Part shown: in pieces, positions 16,650 to 30,030 of the stretch | Layout: every line of letters starts with the position of its first letter | Position numbering within the stretch: the stretch's first letter is position 1 | Origin: the human T2T-CHM13v2.0 reference genome, Homo sapiens | Assembly: GCF_009914755.1 (NCBI RefSeq) | Contig: NC_060925.1 | Reading direction: 5' to 3' (one strand) | Length of the DNA: 64,000 bases | Program-made: the position numbers and the translations under genes | The notes under the pieces: model-generated | What the model saw: the letters and a program-made list of their open reading frames with translations, nothing else | Told to the model about the DNA's origin: nothing | The model's database searches: none

Positions 16650-17710
16650 TTCACAAGCACAAGTAAAAGCCATTTAAGGGCCCAATCATTTAAAGAAGAA
16701 ATAGTATCAATCTTAAACACTCGGAGATTAAAGAAAGAAGGACCACTTTCCAACTCATTTTATGGAGCTAGCTTAACCCTGATAGCAAAATCACTGAAGT
16801 ATATTACAGAAAAAACATAAATGTTACTTAAAAATTTATTAACATGGTATTATAAAAAACATCAATGTTGTTTATGAAAATATATGCTAAGCAAAATGCT
16901 AACAAATAAAGTGCAGTGGTATATAAAAAAGAGAATACATTATTAATTATTGGAAATATTTTTACAATTCATTTGTGTACAAATAAGTAAAACTTCACTT
17001 AAAAGTCATGCACTTTATTGTATGTGTATTATACTCCAGTGAATTTTTTTAAGTCACGAGGCTAAAGATTCTATTACAGCTTTTTTCTTCCAGATTTTTA
17101 AAGAACAAATAATGCCTTCATTCTGTAAGGCTAGAATAATCTTTATTGACAAAACATATAGATCAGTTTTATTTATGAACACAGATACAAAAATTCTAAA
17201 TAAAATATTAAATGCAATGCTTCTGAGTATTAGAGAATGCTATACTGTGATCAAATGGATTTATTCTGAGAATATAGAGACATTTCAACATAAGAAAGAT
17301 TCTCAACAGAACTCTTCACATTTACTAAAGAGAAAAATACCATATGATAAAATTAAATGTGTATTTTATGAAATTTAGAAGAATTTCCAACAAAATGAGT
17401 CCTTCAGCAATATGTAATAGGATAATGCTTTTAAGATAATTACAAATATTATATATACATGTATAATATAGATTAATTCATTATTTATTGTTTTATTTAT
17501 TCATATTTCAACCAACAAATGTCATACTGAGTAGTGAATGCTAAAGCCATTTCCATTACAATTACGAACATGGGAGAGATGTTTGCTGTCGTTATTATCA
17601 TTTGGATCAGGGGTGTCCAATCTTTCAGCTTCCCTGGGCCACACTGGAAGAAGAGGAATTGTCTTGGGCCACACATAAAATACACTAACACTAACGATAG
17701 CTGACGAGCT

Positions 17711-17753
<43 letters not shown>

Positions 17754-19500
17754 CAACAACCAAAAAAAACTCATAATGTTTTAAGAAAGTTTACTAATTT
17801 GTGTTGGACAGTATTCAAAACCATCCTGGACCTCATACAGCCCACAGGCCACAGATTGGACAAGCTTGATTTACATTTTTTTAATGATCACTTCCCTGTG
17901 AGGCCTTCCCTGGCCACCCTGCTTAAAACTCAATTCCCTTTATCCCCCCACCCAAGCTTTCCCATCCCCCTTCCATGGTTTATTTTCTTCTCAGCATCAA
18001 TAATAATCTAATATTACTCCTGTTTACATGTGCCATCCATTATAATATGCACTTTTTCTGTTCTACTCACAGCTTTATTCTTACTACCCAGAACCATGCC
18101 TCGCGCATTACTCTCTCAATAAATAATTATTGAATAATGAGTAAGGTAGTAAGTCAAGAATATGAAACAATCAGCTTAAATCCTATAAAAGAAGAGACAG
18201 AAGTATCTTTTCATTGTAGATGATAATATTGCATACCTCAAAAATCCAAAATGAATTAGTCAAGCAGCTATTAAACTTAATAAAATTACTTGGCAAGGTG
18301 CTTGGAGATAAGATAATGTTTTAAAAATCAAGATTTTTCTTTGCACTGCAACAAGTAATTAGAAATGAACATGGAAGAAATTTCTCATTCACAGTGGCAA
18401 AAAATTCTGGTGTAAGTTTAAATTAAAAGGTATAATACCTATATAAACAAAATTATTTAAATATTTAAAATAAACTATATTGTTATAGTAATATATTATA
18501 AATAGGAATTCTTAACATCATAGAACGTAAATGTTTCCTACATTTGTATGTATGTAATGCAACTCAAATCATAATTCCAATGAGTTTTTTTAGTACAGAA
18601 TAACAAATTCATATGGAAGCATATAAGTCTCATAATAGTCATAAAAATTATTTCTAGAAAAGCTATAGAGATGGGCAACTTTTCTTACTAGATATTAAAA
18701 TTTACCGCAAAGCTACTACAGTCAAAATAGGATAGAGTTAACCCAGGGAAAATAGATCAGTGAACAGAATAAACAGACTATAATAGTTCAAAGTATAAAG
18801 GAAACAACATATGACTAAAGTGACGTGACATTTTTACGGGAAAAAGATAATTCATTTAATAAATGATGCAGGCAATATTTGCTATCCATCTGGAGAAAAT
18901 TAAAATTAACCACTTCATGCTATGCAAAAATAAATGTAGGATGAATTAGATATGAATTCAAAGGATAAACAGTAAAATTACTACACTGAAACTTAGGAGA
19001 AGTCTTGTGCAACCTCACGGAAAGGGAGATCTTCCTAAGCAAAGCAGGAAATTCAGAAACTGTGAAAGAAAAAGACAGACATTGTATGTCAAAGGACATC
19101 CTAAATGAAGTAAAGACATAAAAGACTAGGAGAAAATATTTTACCTGGAGAGCAGTCAAAAAGTTAGTATTCTTAATATAAAAAGCTTTGAAATTTGATA
19201 AGAAAAATACATAGAAAAATGGGAAAATCATATGGACAGATTAATTTATACAAGAGAAAATACAAGTGGCCGATAAATACAAAAGGTGATCACTCCATAG
19301 TCAAGTGAATGCAAATCAAACCAAAAATTATGTTTAATATGTCACCTAATTTCACCAAATTTTTGCAAGTGTAATGACATCATAGACAGGTGAGAATATA
19401 GGCTCTCTTATAAATTTCTAGTGGAAATGTGAATTAATGCACGCTGTTTAGATGGTCATCTCTTGTTATATGTTTAAATTTAAAATACATATATTGAGAT
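16650..19500 (+). mobile_element. Ancient L1M ORF2 fragments (discontinuous)
   Basis: Degenerate ORF2 peptides (LSNSFYGASLTLIAK, FMNTDTKILNKILN) and an A-rich L1-like composition; boundaries approximate. Confidence 0.6.
17608..17868 (+). mobile_element. MER30 (hAT-Charlie MITE) with internal (CA)n
   Basis: CAGGGGTGTCCAATCTT...TTGGACAAGCTTG termini; degenerate 8-bp TSD ATTTGGAT/ATTTACAT; (CA)n at about 17714-17750. Confidence 0.85.
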
Positions 19501-19885
19501 GTTATTGAAATATATGAAGATATATTAAATAAAACAACCACAATGAGATGTAGGACACTGTGTGTAATCCATTTTGGTGTAAAATAGGATGATAGATTCG
19601 GTAGATACTGTATTAGGTAGGTTTACTACCTTAAAAATAGGCTCAAACATAAAACAACTCAAAGGCTATTGCTTGTTAAATTAAGCAAGAGGGTGGGGAT
19701 TTTATGGACTAGTCTTGGAAGTGGCATATATCACTACTACTCACATTTAGTTGACTGGAGCTCAGTCACATGACCAAACATAACCACAAAGGAGGCTGAG
19801 AAATGTAGTCTAGCTGTGTGCCCAAGAGGAAGGGAAGAAGAAATTTTCGGTGGACAGTTAAAAGTCTATGCTATAGAGATAGATC

Positions 19886-20021
19886 CACTAGATAGATTAC
19901 ATAGATAGATAGATTACGTAGATAGATAGATTACATAGATAGATAGACATAGATAGATAGATATAGATGATTAGATGATAGATAGATAGATAGATGATAG
20001 ATAGATAGATAGATAGATAGA
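19886..20021. repeat. Compound (GATA)n tetranucleotide repeat
   Basis: Direct reading; GATA units interspersed with TTAC(A/G) variants. Confidence 0.9.
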
Positions 20022-20732
20022 CCTGTCTAGCTGTATTTGCAGTTACACCACATGAATTCATTATAAATATGATTTTTACTTCTGGCAGAAGTTATAAGAA
20101 ACTCTTAATAAGGGTTATATTATTACTTTAGAACCAAATAAAGGAGAGTTAGGCTTTTGATTTATTTTATGCTCCTGTGGACTGTTTGCATTTCCTAACC
20201 TTATGCATATATTCTCTTTTTTTCCCCTGCAAAAAAAGTGGCTACAAGATTTATTGAGAGACAAGGTTCCATTTTTCTTCTTTGTTTCTCCATGTACTTA
20301 AATTATATAAATACATTTATAATAGCTAATAAATATAAATAAGAATATAGTAAATAAATAATAAAAATATAATGCAAATATGTATTTACTGCTTTCCCCA
20401 GCAACCTGGTAAGCTATAGACTGACACAGAAATAAGTGTCAGTACATCAGGATATATGAAGAAAGTTGTTTACTGCATCTTTATTTGTAATGGCAAATAC
20501 TGAAAACAATCTGAATATCTATTGATGTAATAAAAAATGTGGCAATACATATTATAGAATAGCAGTCCTCAAATGTTTTAGTCTCAGAACTCCTTTGCAC
20601 TCTTAAAAAATTATTAAGAACTTCAAAGAACTTTTGTTTATGTGGGTTGAATCTATGAATATTTATTGCATTGAAATTTAAAAGAAATTTAAATTTATTA
20701 ACCCATTTAAAAATAATAAATCCACCATGTTA

Positions 20733-21075
<343 letters not shown>

Positions 21076-22006
21076 CTACTTATATTTCACCAAAAAAAAA
21101 AAATTTGGTAAGAAGATTTGCATTGTTTCAGATTTTTGTAAATCTCTAATGGCTGGCTTAGTAAAGACAGCTTGATTCTCATTCCAGTTTCTGCATTTGA
21201 TCTGTTGCTGCGTGTGGTATTTGTTGACACACATGAAGGAAATCCAGCCTCATATAGATATTTACTTGGAAAGGGAAGATTATTTTAATAACGTTTTCAG
21301 ATAGTTTTTAAATTCTTTTTTTATATATCCCCAAACTCAACAAGCAGTTATTTATTATAGTTAGATCGCCATGTAAATCTGAAGTCATATCAATGAATCA
21401 TTTGTACTGTTAGATTAAAACTTTTATTTTGCGCTTTGAGTGGATATTTTACCCATTCATTATTTTATAATATCATGCATTGATCATTTGGAATATATTG
21501 TTTTGCTAAGTTATGCATATCTTCCGAATGTTGACACACAATGTCAAAAAATCAAATTCATTAATATCATCACTGATGCTGATGGTAGGGGATGAGTTTC
21601 CCAAAATTTCTCGAAAACTTAGATTTTATCATCAGCAACAAATACTGTCAGTTGTTTTCCTTGAAGTGAAAGTTTCACTTCATTCACTTTTCAAATCTTA
21701 TTTCAATTCAAGTCCCAAAATCTGAATAACCAAATTTTCACTCTTTCTTTAAAAAAAAAGAAAAAAACAGTGCATCATGGAAAAAGCAGCTCACAATTTA
21801 ATTACATAAATTTTAAGTTTTCAATTTAAATATATAAATGCTTATCCTTGAGACAGCCATCATACTTCAGTATGCTGCAGAAATGCTTCATCCAGTCTTC
21901 CCATTACATCACCCAGAATATTGAAAAAACATGTACTCAAGGGTTGAGATTAATGTAATTTTTACTGCTTAATCAAGGATATTCTTCAGTGAAACTGACT
22001 TGCTTT

Positions 22007-22879
22007 TTTTATTATTATTATACTTTAAGTTTTAGGGTACATGTGCACAATGTGCAGGTTTGTTGCATATGTATACATGTGCCATGTTGGTGTGCTGCAC
22101 CCAGTAACTCGTCATTTAACATTAGATATATCTCCAAATGCTATCCCTCCCCCCTCCCCCCACCCCACAACAGGCCCCGGTGTATGATGTTCCCCTTCCT
22201 GTGTCCAAGTGTTCTCATTGTTCAATTCCCACCTATGAGTGAGAACATGCAGTGTTTGGTTTTTTGTCCTTGCGATAGTTTGCTGAGAATGATGGTTTCC
22301 AGCTTCATCCATGTCCCCACAAAGGACATGAACTCATCTTTTTTATGGCTGCATAGTATTCCATGGTGTATATGTGCCACATTTTCTTAATCCAGTCTAT
22401 CATTGTTGGACATTTTGGGTGGTTCCAAGTCTTTGCTATTGGGAATAGTGCTGCAATAAACATACATGTGCATGTGTCTTTATAGCAGCATGATTTATAA
22501 TCCTTTGGGTATATACCCAGTAATGGGATGGCTGGGTCAAATGGTATTTCTAGTTCTAGATCCCTAAGGAATCACCACACTGACTTCCACAATGGTTGAA
22601 CTAATTCTACAATGAACTCCAACAAATTTACAAGAAAAAAACAAACAATCCCATCAAAAAGTGGGCAAAGGATATGAACAGACACTTCTCAAAAGAAGAC
22701 ATTTATGCAGCCAAAAGACACATGAAAAAATGCTCAGCATCACTGGCCATCAGAGAAATGCAAATCAAAACCACAATGAGATACCATCTCACACCAGTTA
22801 GAATGGCGATCATTAAAAAGTCAGGAAACAACAGGTGCTGGAGAGGATGTGGAGAAATAGGAACACTTTTACACTGTTG
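22007..22879 (-). mobile_element. 5'-inverted (twin-primed) truncated L1PA4/5
   Basis: Minus-strand 3' part at 22007-22603 and plus-strand ORF2 part at about 22604-22882; 18-bp TSD GTGAAACTGACTTGCTTT at 21989-22006 and 22880-22897. Confidence 0.93.
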
Positions 22880-23244
22880 GTGAAACTGACTTGCTTTCAA
22901 AAGTCAGAGTGCCTGGTAGTAAAGACTATTTTGACTACTAGTACGGGTTGGTATAACTGCCTTGAATCACTAAGCAGCCTAAGTTTGGATCCAGTAAGAC
23001 CATCCACTAACCTGTGTGACTTAGGGCACATTTACTTACTTCTACTGAGCCTCAGTTTCCTCATCTGCAAAATGGTGGCAAAGTACTTTCACACTCTCAT
23101 ACGTTTCCTGCAACAAATGTGTGAAGGAAAGTGTTTAAATTCCATGCATAAGGCCTTGACACAATTTAAGTGCCCAGTTTTTAGTAAATGGATTTCCAAT
23201 ATGGACTATTGTATTAATAAGAGCGGCACTTAGATGAACAGAGA

Positions 23245-23748
23245 TTTTTTTTTATTATTATACTTTAAGTTCTAGGGCACATGTGCACAACGTGCAGGTT
23301 TGTTACATATGTATACATGTGCCATGTTGGTGTGCTGTACTCATTAACTCGCCATTTACATTAAATATATCTCCTAATGCTATCCCTCCCCCCTCCCTCC
23401 ACCTCACGACAGGTCCTGGTGTGTGATGTTCCCCTTCCTGTGTCCAAGTGTTCTCATTGTTCAATTCCCACCTATGAGTGAGAACATGAGGTTTTTTGTC
23501 CTTGCAATAGTTTGCTGAGTTTGGTTTTTTGTCCTTGCCATAGTTTGCTGAGAATGATGGTTTCCAGCTTCATCCATGTCCCTACAAAGGACATGAACTC
23601 ATCCTTTTTTATGGCTGCATAGTATTCCATGGTGTATATGTGCCACATTTTCTTAATCCAGTCTATCATTGATGGACATTTTGGTTGGTTCCAAGTCTTT
23701 GCTATTGTGAATAGTGCTGCAATAAACATACGTGTGCATGTGTCTTTA
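23245..23748 (-). mobile_element. 5'-truncated L1PA (about PA5) 3' end with an internal 33-bp-period duplication
   Basis: Poly-T, L1 3'UTR and ORF2 C-terminus ([18 protein letters not shown]); GGTTTTTTGTCCTTGC.ATAGTTTGCTGAG occurs twice. Confidence 0.92.
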
Positions 23749-24149
23749 GATTCTAACTATTGTAACAACCCACTGGGGGAGTTCGCTGTCAGAGTTAGAA
23801 ATAAAAGCATAGTTTTGTGATATCCTTACTCGGTCTTTTGTCATTTTATCTGGGAAGACATCCAATTGCATAACAATGACTTGGTTGTCTGGGTCTTTGT
23901 TTCACAAGTTCCAGAATGAGAATAGAATGCAGTAGAAAGGTAAAACCAAGGTGGCCCATACTACAGGAAGAAGCTTATTACTTAAACATATTCTGGGTTT
24001 CAGCTGTTTATGGGACCTGGTAGATACATATATGCCCCCCGGCTATTCTCAAATATAATGTTGAAGGACTATATGATATTAGGAAACATTTATTGAGCAT
24101 TTTGGTACTTTGAGAAAAGCACTTTGTTTAAATTCTCATATTTGACTAT

Positions 24150-25083
<934 letters not shown>

Positions 25084-25296
25084 CTATGAATCAATGTTTA
25101 AGTTTTCAGTAACAATACACAGTAACCCAAACATTAAGAATGAATAGTTATTTCTGGATGATGAGATAATAGCTGATGTTTATTTTTTATGTATATTTTT
25201 AGATTTTCCCATCACCAGCATTTTCGGTTTACTGTTTAAAAGTTGTTTACAATTTTTTAAAAAGAAAACAGCACAGTGAGCTTGGTTTATAGCATT

Positions 25297-25302
25297 TTTA
25301 TT
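25297..25302 (-). terminator. INSL5: INSL5 polyadenylation signal
   Basis: AATAAA on the minus strand, about 250 nt after the stop codon. Confidence 0.75.
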
Positions 25303-25554
25303 GCAATTTTGCGCAGCATTTGAAATTTCAAAGCATTAGTAGAATTTGAAAAGAACAGTTCATTAACCTTGGCAAAGGGAGAAAATAGAGATCACTGTGG
25401 TTTCAACCGCTCAGCTATACCTTTTAGAAAAGAAGTTTTGCCTACCCAAAAGCCATCATTTTAATAACACAATATTAGTGTTCTACCAGGCAGTAAAACA
25501 CTGTAATTAAACATGTGATAAAGCTCTGCCACCCATTGGGTATTTGCTCTTGTC

Positions 25555-25787
25555 TTAGCAAAGAGCACTCAAATCAGTCATGGAACAGCCATCAGTGCAA
25601 CACAAAGTTTGTAAATCTTGTCTTGACATCACTGAATGCTTCTTTGACTTCCAAAGCTCTTCAGTGGGCATCTGTCCACCCCAAAGACGGTCTTCCCCTG
25701 AGGCATCCACCTTCGGAAGGTTTTGCGCTGGATTTTCCTCAGAAAACTCACGTTTATGTGGGAGCTGGAAGGAGTTTCCTGTCTCAG
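25555..25787 (-). CDS. INSL5: Insulin-like peptide 5, exon 2 (C-peptide and A chain)
   Basis: catacAG acceptor, phase 1; (A)[21 protein letters not shown]...[23 protein letters not shown] with the CC-x3-C-x8-C A-chain motif. Confidence 0.98.
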
Positions 25788-26879
25788 CTGTATGGAAGAG
25801 AAAAAAATAATACATCCTTAGACAGCTCCTACAAAGAAGGCAGCAACCACATTCCACTCCTGGGGAAATGAACTGGATCCCTAAAATGAAATAGAATCAT
25901 ACACATAATTTTTTAAAATGTTGGCCTGGTTTCAGAGAGATTAGACATTTTGGGGAGAGCACAGTCATCTCCACTGTCCTCATTTTACAGAGGCAGAAAC
26001 TTGAGTGCAAAGATGAGGAGTGACAGTCAGTGTTGCTCAGCTAGTCGGGACTTGACTTCTTTTACTCGCTACCTCTGCTGGATGACCAGCAGCTTCCAAT
26101 ATTAGTTATGTGCTATAAACAAAAAACACATAAACAAAAAAAAACCCTGTGTATGCCCTGCAATCTCGATCAGTAAAGAAGGAAATGGAGATTTAAACCT
26201 CTATATCTGAAAATAAAAAGTGAAATTCACAGTTTTTGCCTAAGTGTTGTTTCCAAAGTTCACATATAAGCTTCTCTCACTTTAATTTAGTTCAAATTGA
26301 CTTATCAATGCCTTAGCACACCAGCAGGCACCATGAAAAACTAGGTGAACAGATGCTGGTTGGTAAACCAGTAATTGATCAGATAAATAATGTGTGGGAA
26401 AACACTGAAAATCTGAGAAAGATTGAATAATAAGTAGTATGATTTCAGTGATGTCCAACAGAGCTAGCCTTATAGATATCCATTCCACTCCCCTATGTGT
26501 TTCAGAGATATCCCAAATGTATTTTTATAGTGCATTTTGGTTTGCTATTACAGAGATTGTTGTAAATCCTGGTAAATTATGCTTACTCTCTTAAGATTAA
26601 AAACCCATATAATTTTTGTTAGCAACTAGTCATATGAACTTCAATATTAAAGTGGTACTGAAAATGGAAAATACATGCTTTTTCAACACATTAGCCCACC
26701 CAAAGATGAACAGTTTAGGTCATTTTCTAAAAGGTTTTTATTACCAACATCATTTTAAATTAAACTGAAACCTTAACAATCATACATATGGTCGCAACAT
26801 TTATTATGTAATCACATTTTTCCTTTTTAACTTTTTAGTATAAAACATAGCAAATACAACCAATTATTAAAATACACTC

Positions 26880-27290
26880 TTAAGCAAGGCACAGAAAGAC
26901 AAACACCACATGATCTCACTGATATGTGGAATCTAAAAACGTCAAACTCAAAAATGTATAGCGGAGAACGATGGTTATCAGAGGGTGAGGGTGAGGGGGA
27001 TGGTTGGGGAAGAGATGGTCAAGAGTACAGAATTTCCATTAGAAGGAATAATTTCAAGAAGTCTATTGTACAACATGGTGACTATAGTTAATAAAAATGC
27101 ATTGTATTCCTGAAATTGCTAAAAGAGTAGATTTCAAGTGTCCTCATCACAAAAACATAAGTATGTGAGGTAATGCATATGTTAATTAGCTTGATTTAGC
27201 TATTCCACATGTATATTGTATGTATACCTATTTCAAAACAATATGTTGTACACAATAAATGTATATAATTTTTACCAATTAAAAAAATAA
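26880..27290 (+). mobile_element. L1M (MA/MB) 3' end in the INSL5 intron
   Basis: CACAGAAAGACAAACACCACATGATCTCAC...TGGAATCTAAAAA...GGTGACTATAGTTAATAA L1M 3'UTR motifs. Confidence 0.75.
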
Positions 27291-27309
27291 TTTTTTAAAT
27301 AGGATTTTC

Positions 27310-27612
27310 AGCCATGCCCAGTGGCTTATGCCTGTAATCCCAGTGCTCTGGGAGGCCGAGACGGAAGATTGCTTGAAGCCAGGAGTTTGAGACCAGCCTG
27401 GGCAACATTGCAAGACCCCACCTCTACAAAATATTTAAAAATTAGCCAGATGTGGTGGCACACACCTGTAGTCCTACCTACTCAAGAGGCTGAGGTGTGA
27501 GGATCACTTGAGTGCAGGGGTTTGAGGCTTCAGTGAGCTATGATTGTGCCAGCCTGGGTGAGAGGGCAAGACCCTGTCTCCAATCAAATAAATAAATAAA
27601 TAAATAAAAATC
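27310..27612 (+). mobile_element. AluJ in the INSL5 intron
   Basis: Dimeric Alu with J-type positions; (TAAA)n tail; TSD AAATAGGATTTT. Confidence 0.88.
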
Positions 27613-28588
27613 TAAAAATAGGATTTTAAATAAATTCTACCTCATACTTTAATATGGAATTAACAGAAAGAATTTCAGTCAAATTTTTAAGTTAGTTGAA
27701 TTGAATAATAAAGAAATATAGTGAAGTCAGCCGCTTCACCGTTTCTGAAAGACATTTGGTTCATTTCTTCCTTCAAAATCCTGATCAGACAATTCCTACT
27801 ACTAGAATTCCCACCCTGCTTCCCCACCACCTTTCATAATCCCCAAATCCTTCAGGGCCTCTGTCAGTAACCACCACCTCCATGATGCTGTCACCTATTA
27901 CAAAATAGGTGACATTTTGTAATAGGTGACATTTTGTAACATTCTCTTTCCCACCCGAGACTCAGTATGGAATTAGTAAAGACCTTGGCTCTTGAAGCCA
28001 GATAGACCCAGTTTGCTACCTAACCACATTTTCACCAGCTGGGAGAAGAATTTTCTTCTTGGTAAAATGATAAATGGTGGTAATTTTGCTTGCTTCCCAG
28101 GATCCTTATCAGAAAGCTGAATGAAATGTTGCACATGTAACTTCCCAGCACTTAAAAGTGCTCAATTAAGGTCAGCTTCTTTCCTTGCATCCATATTTAA
28201 CAACTGCCGGAATTCTAACTTATTATATTGTACAATTATTCATGAGTGAAAGTCTTGCTACTTCAACACGCTCCTTGAAATCACATGCTTCGCCATAGCC
28301 TCCAAAGTACCTTCCACAGATGCTGAGCCCATTGAAGTAGTCATGCGATTAAATGATTTCAAGCAGGGGACTAAAAAATGAGGTAGTTATTTTTTGAAAG
28401 GTAGCATGCTCATCACTTTCCCAAGCCAAATTCAGTATATTTTGATAATTAATCCCTTAAATTGACATAAAAAATGCCTCAACAGTACTTAGAGAAACAC
28501 TTAATAAAATAATGGTTTAAAACACAGCTTGAAAAAATAAAAGAGACATGTGAAAGGAAAATAGAGGAGACACATGAGTTACTGTTAC

Positions 28589-28763
28589 CTTGCTGAGCTT
28601 GAGGGATCCCCTCCAGATGCCTTCTCCACCTGGAGCTAGCACAGATATAGATGACTGTCCGTATGTATTCTAGCCCACAGAGTCTCACAGACTCCTTGCT
28701 CCGCACTTCTGAGATGGCAAATAGGACAGAGAATAAAAACAGAGTGAAAATGGAGCCCTTCAT
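28589..28763 (-). CDS. INSL5: Insulin-like peptide 5, exon 1 (signal peptide and B chain)
   Basis: [58 protein letters not shown]; GTaaca donor; 175+233 nt = 135 aa plus stop. Confidence 0.98.
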
Positions 28764-28844
28764 TTTGCTGAGGACTGAATGTGAATCTGATATGGTAAAT
28801 ATAGTCAAATCAAATTCTGGAGTGACTGTCACTCTCTTGACCAA

Positions 28845-28874
28845 TTTATACTAACTTTCCTGACATTTCATTGG
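28845..28874 (-). promoter_or_regulatory. INSL5: INSL5 core promoter: TATA box and CCAAT box
   Basis: TATAAA at 28850-28845 and CCAAT at 28874-28870 on the minus strand, about 85-110 nt upstream of the ATG. Confidence 0.6.
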
Positions 28875-29091
28875 TCAGAACCTCATTTTTACAATATTTG
28901 CTAAGCACATAGGGTTACACAGTAAAGTTTTGAAAATGTGGTTTTATGAGTATTGCCAGCTATTCAGTCTCTCCTTAATACCATCAACGCATCTGTGAGA
29001 TGATAAAAACAGATGCCCTCTTGGAAGGCATTATGGAAAACTCACGGACTTTGAAAGTTGCCAAGAATGAGTTTCACTCTCAGCCTTGCTA

Positions 29092-29406
<315 letters not shown>

Positions 29407-29706
29407 CCTTTTGAACCTCAATAACCATATCTCTGGAATGGGAAGACCCATCTCACAGGGGTTTTTTTGAATATTGAAAGCAATATGAATGTCAGAACAA
29501 TGGGATATCACACTTAAGTAGGCAATTTCTTATGTCCTGAGTTTGAATCCTGGCCGTTGCTGTTGCCTGGCTGTTACTTACCAGATCTAGACTCTTAAGC
29601 AAGTTTTTAAGGCATCCTTCTTTGTAAAATAGTGTTGATGATTGTAACTACCTCATAGGTCTAATGTGATAACATGCGTCCCACTTGGTACAATAAACAG
29701 CTAATA

Positions 29707-30030
29707 GGCCAGGCGCAGTGGCTCACGCCTGTAATCCCAGCACTTTGGGAGGCCGAGGCAGGTGGATCACGAGGTCAGGAGATCGAGATCATCCTGGCTA
29801 ACACGGTGAAACCCTGTCTCTACTAAAAATACAAAACATTAGCCAGGCGTGGTGGTGGGCACCCGTAGTCCCAGACACTCAGGAGGCTGAGGCAGGAGAA
29901 TGGCATGAACCCGGGAGGTGGAGCTTGCAGTGAGCTGAGATCACGCCACTGCCCTCCAACCTGGGCGACAGAGCGAGACTCTGTCTCAAAACAAAAACAA
30001 ACAAACAAACAAACAAACAAAAACAAAAAA
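29707..30030 (+). mobile_element. AluY
   Basis: GATCACGAGGTCAGGAGATCGAG..CATCCTGGCTAACACGG and GGAGCTTGCAG diagnostics; TSD AAACAGCTA(A/C)TA. Confidence 0.92.

Noticed and set aside
25515-25871. Plus-strand ORFs (118 aa and 76 aa) antisense to INSL5 exon 2
   Set aside because: Shadow ORFs of a real coding exon, with non-ATG or weak starts and no recognisable domain.
28479-28844. 121-aa ORF as an N-terminally extended or unspliced INSL5
   Set aside because: It starts at a non-ATG codon abutting the TATA box, upstream of the likely TSS, and runs through the splice donor. The true CDS starts at 28763 and splices at 28589.
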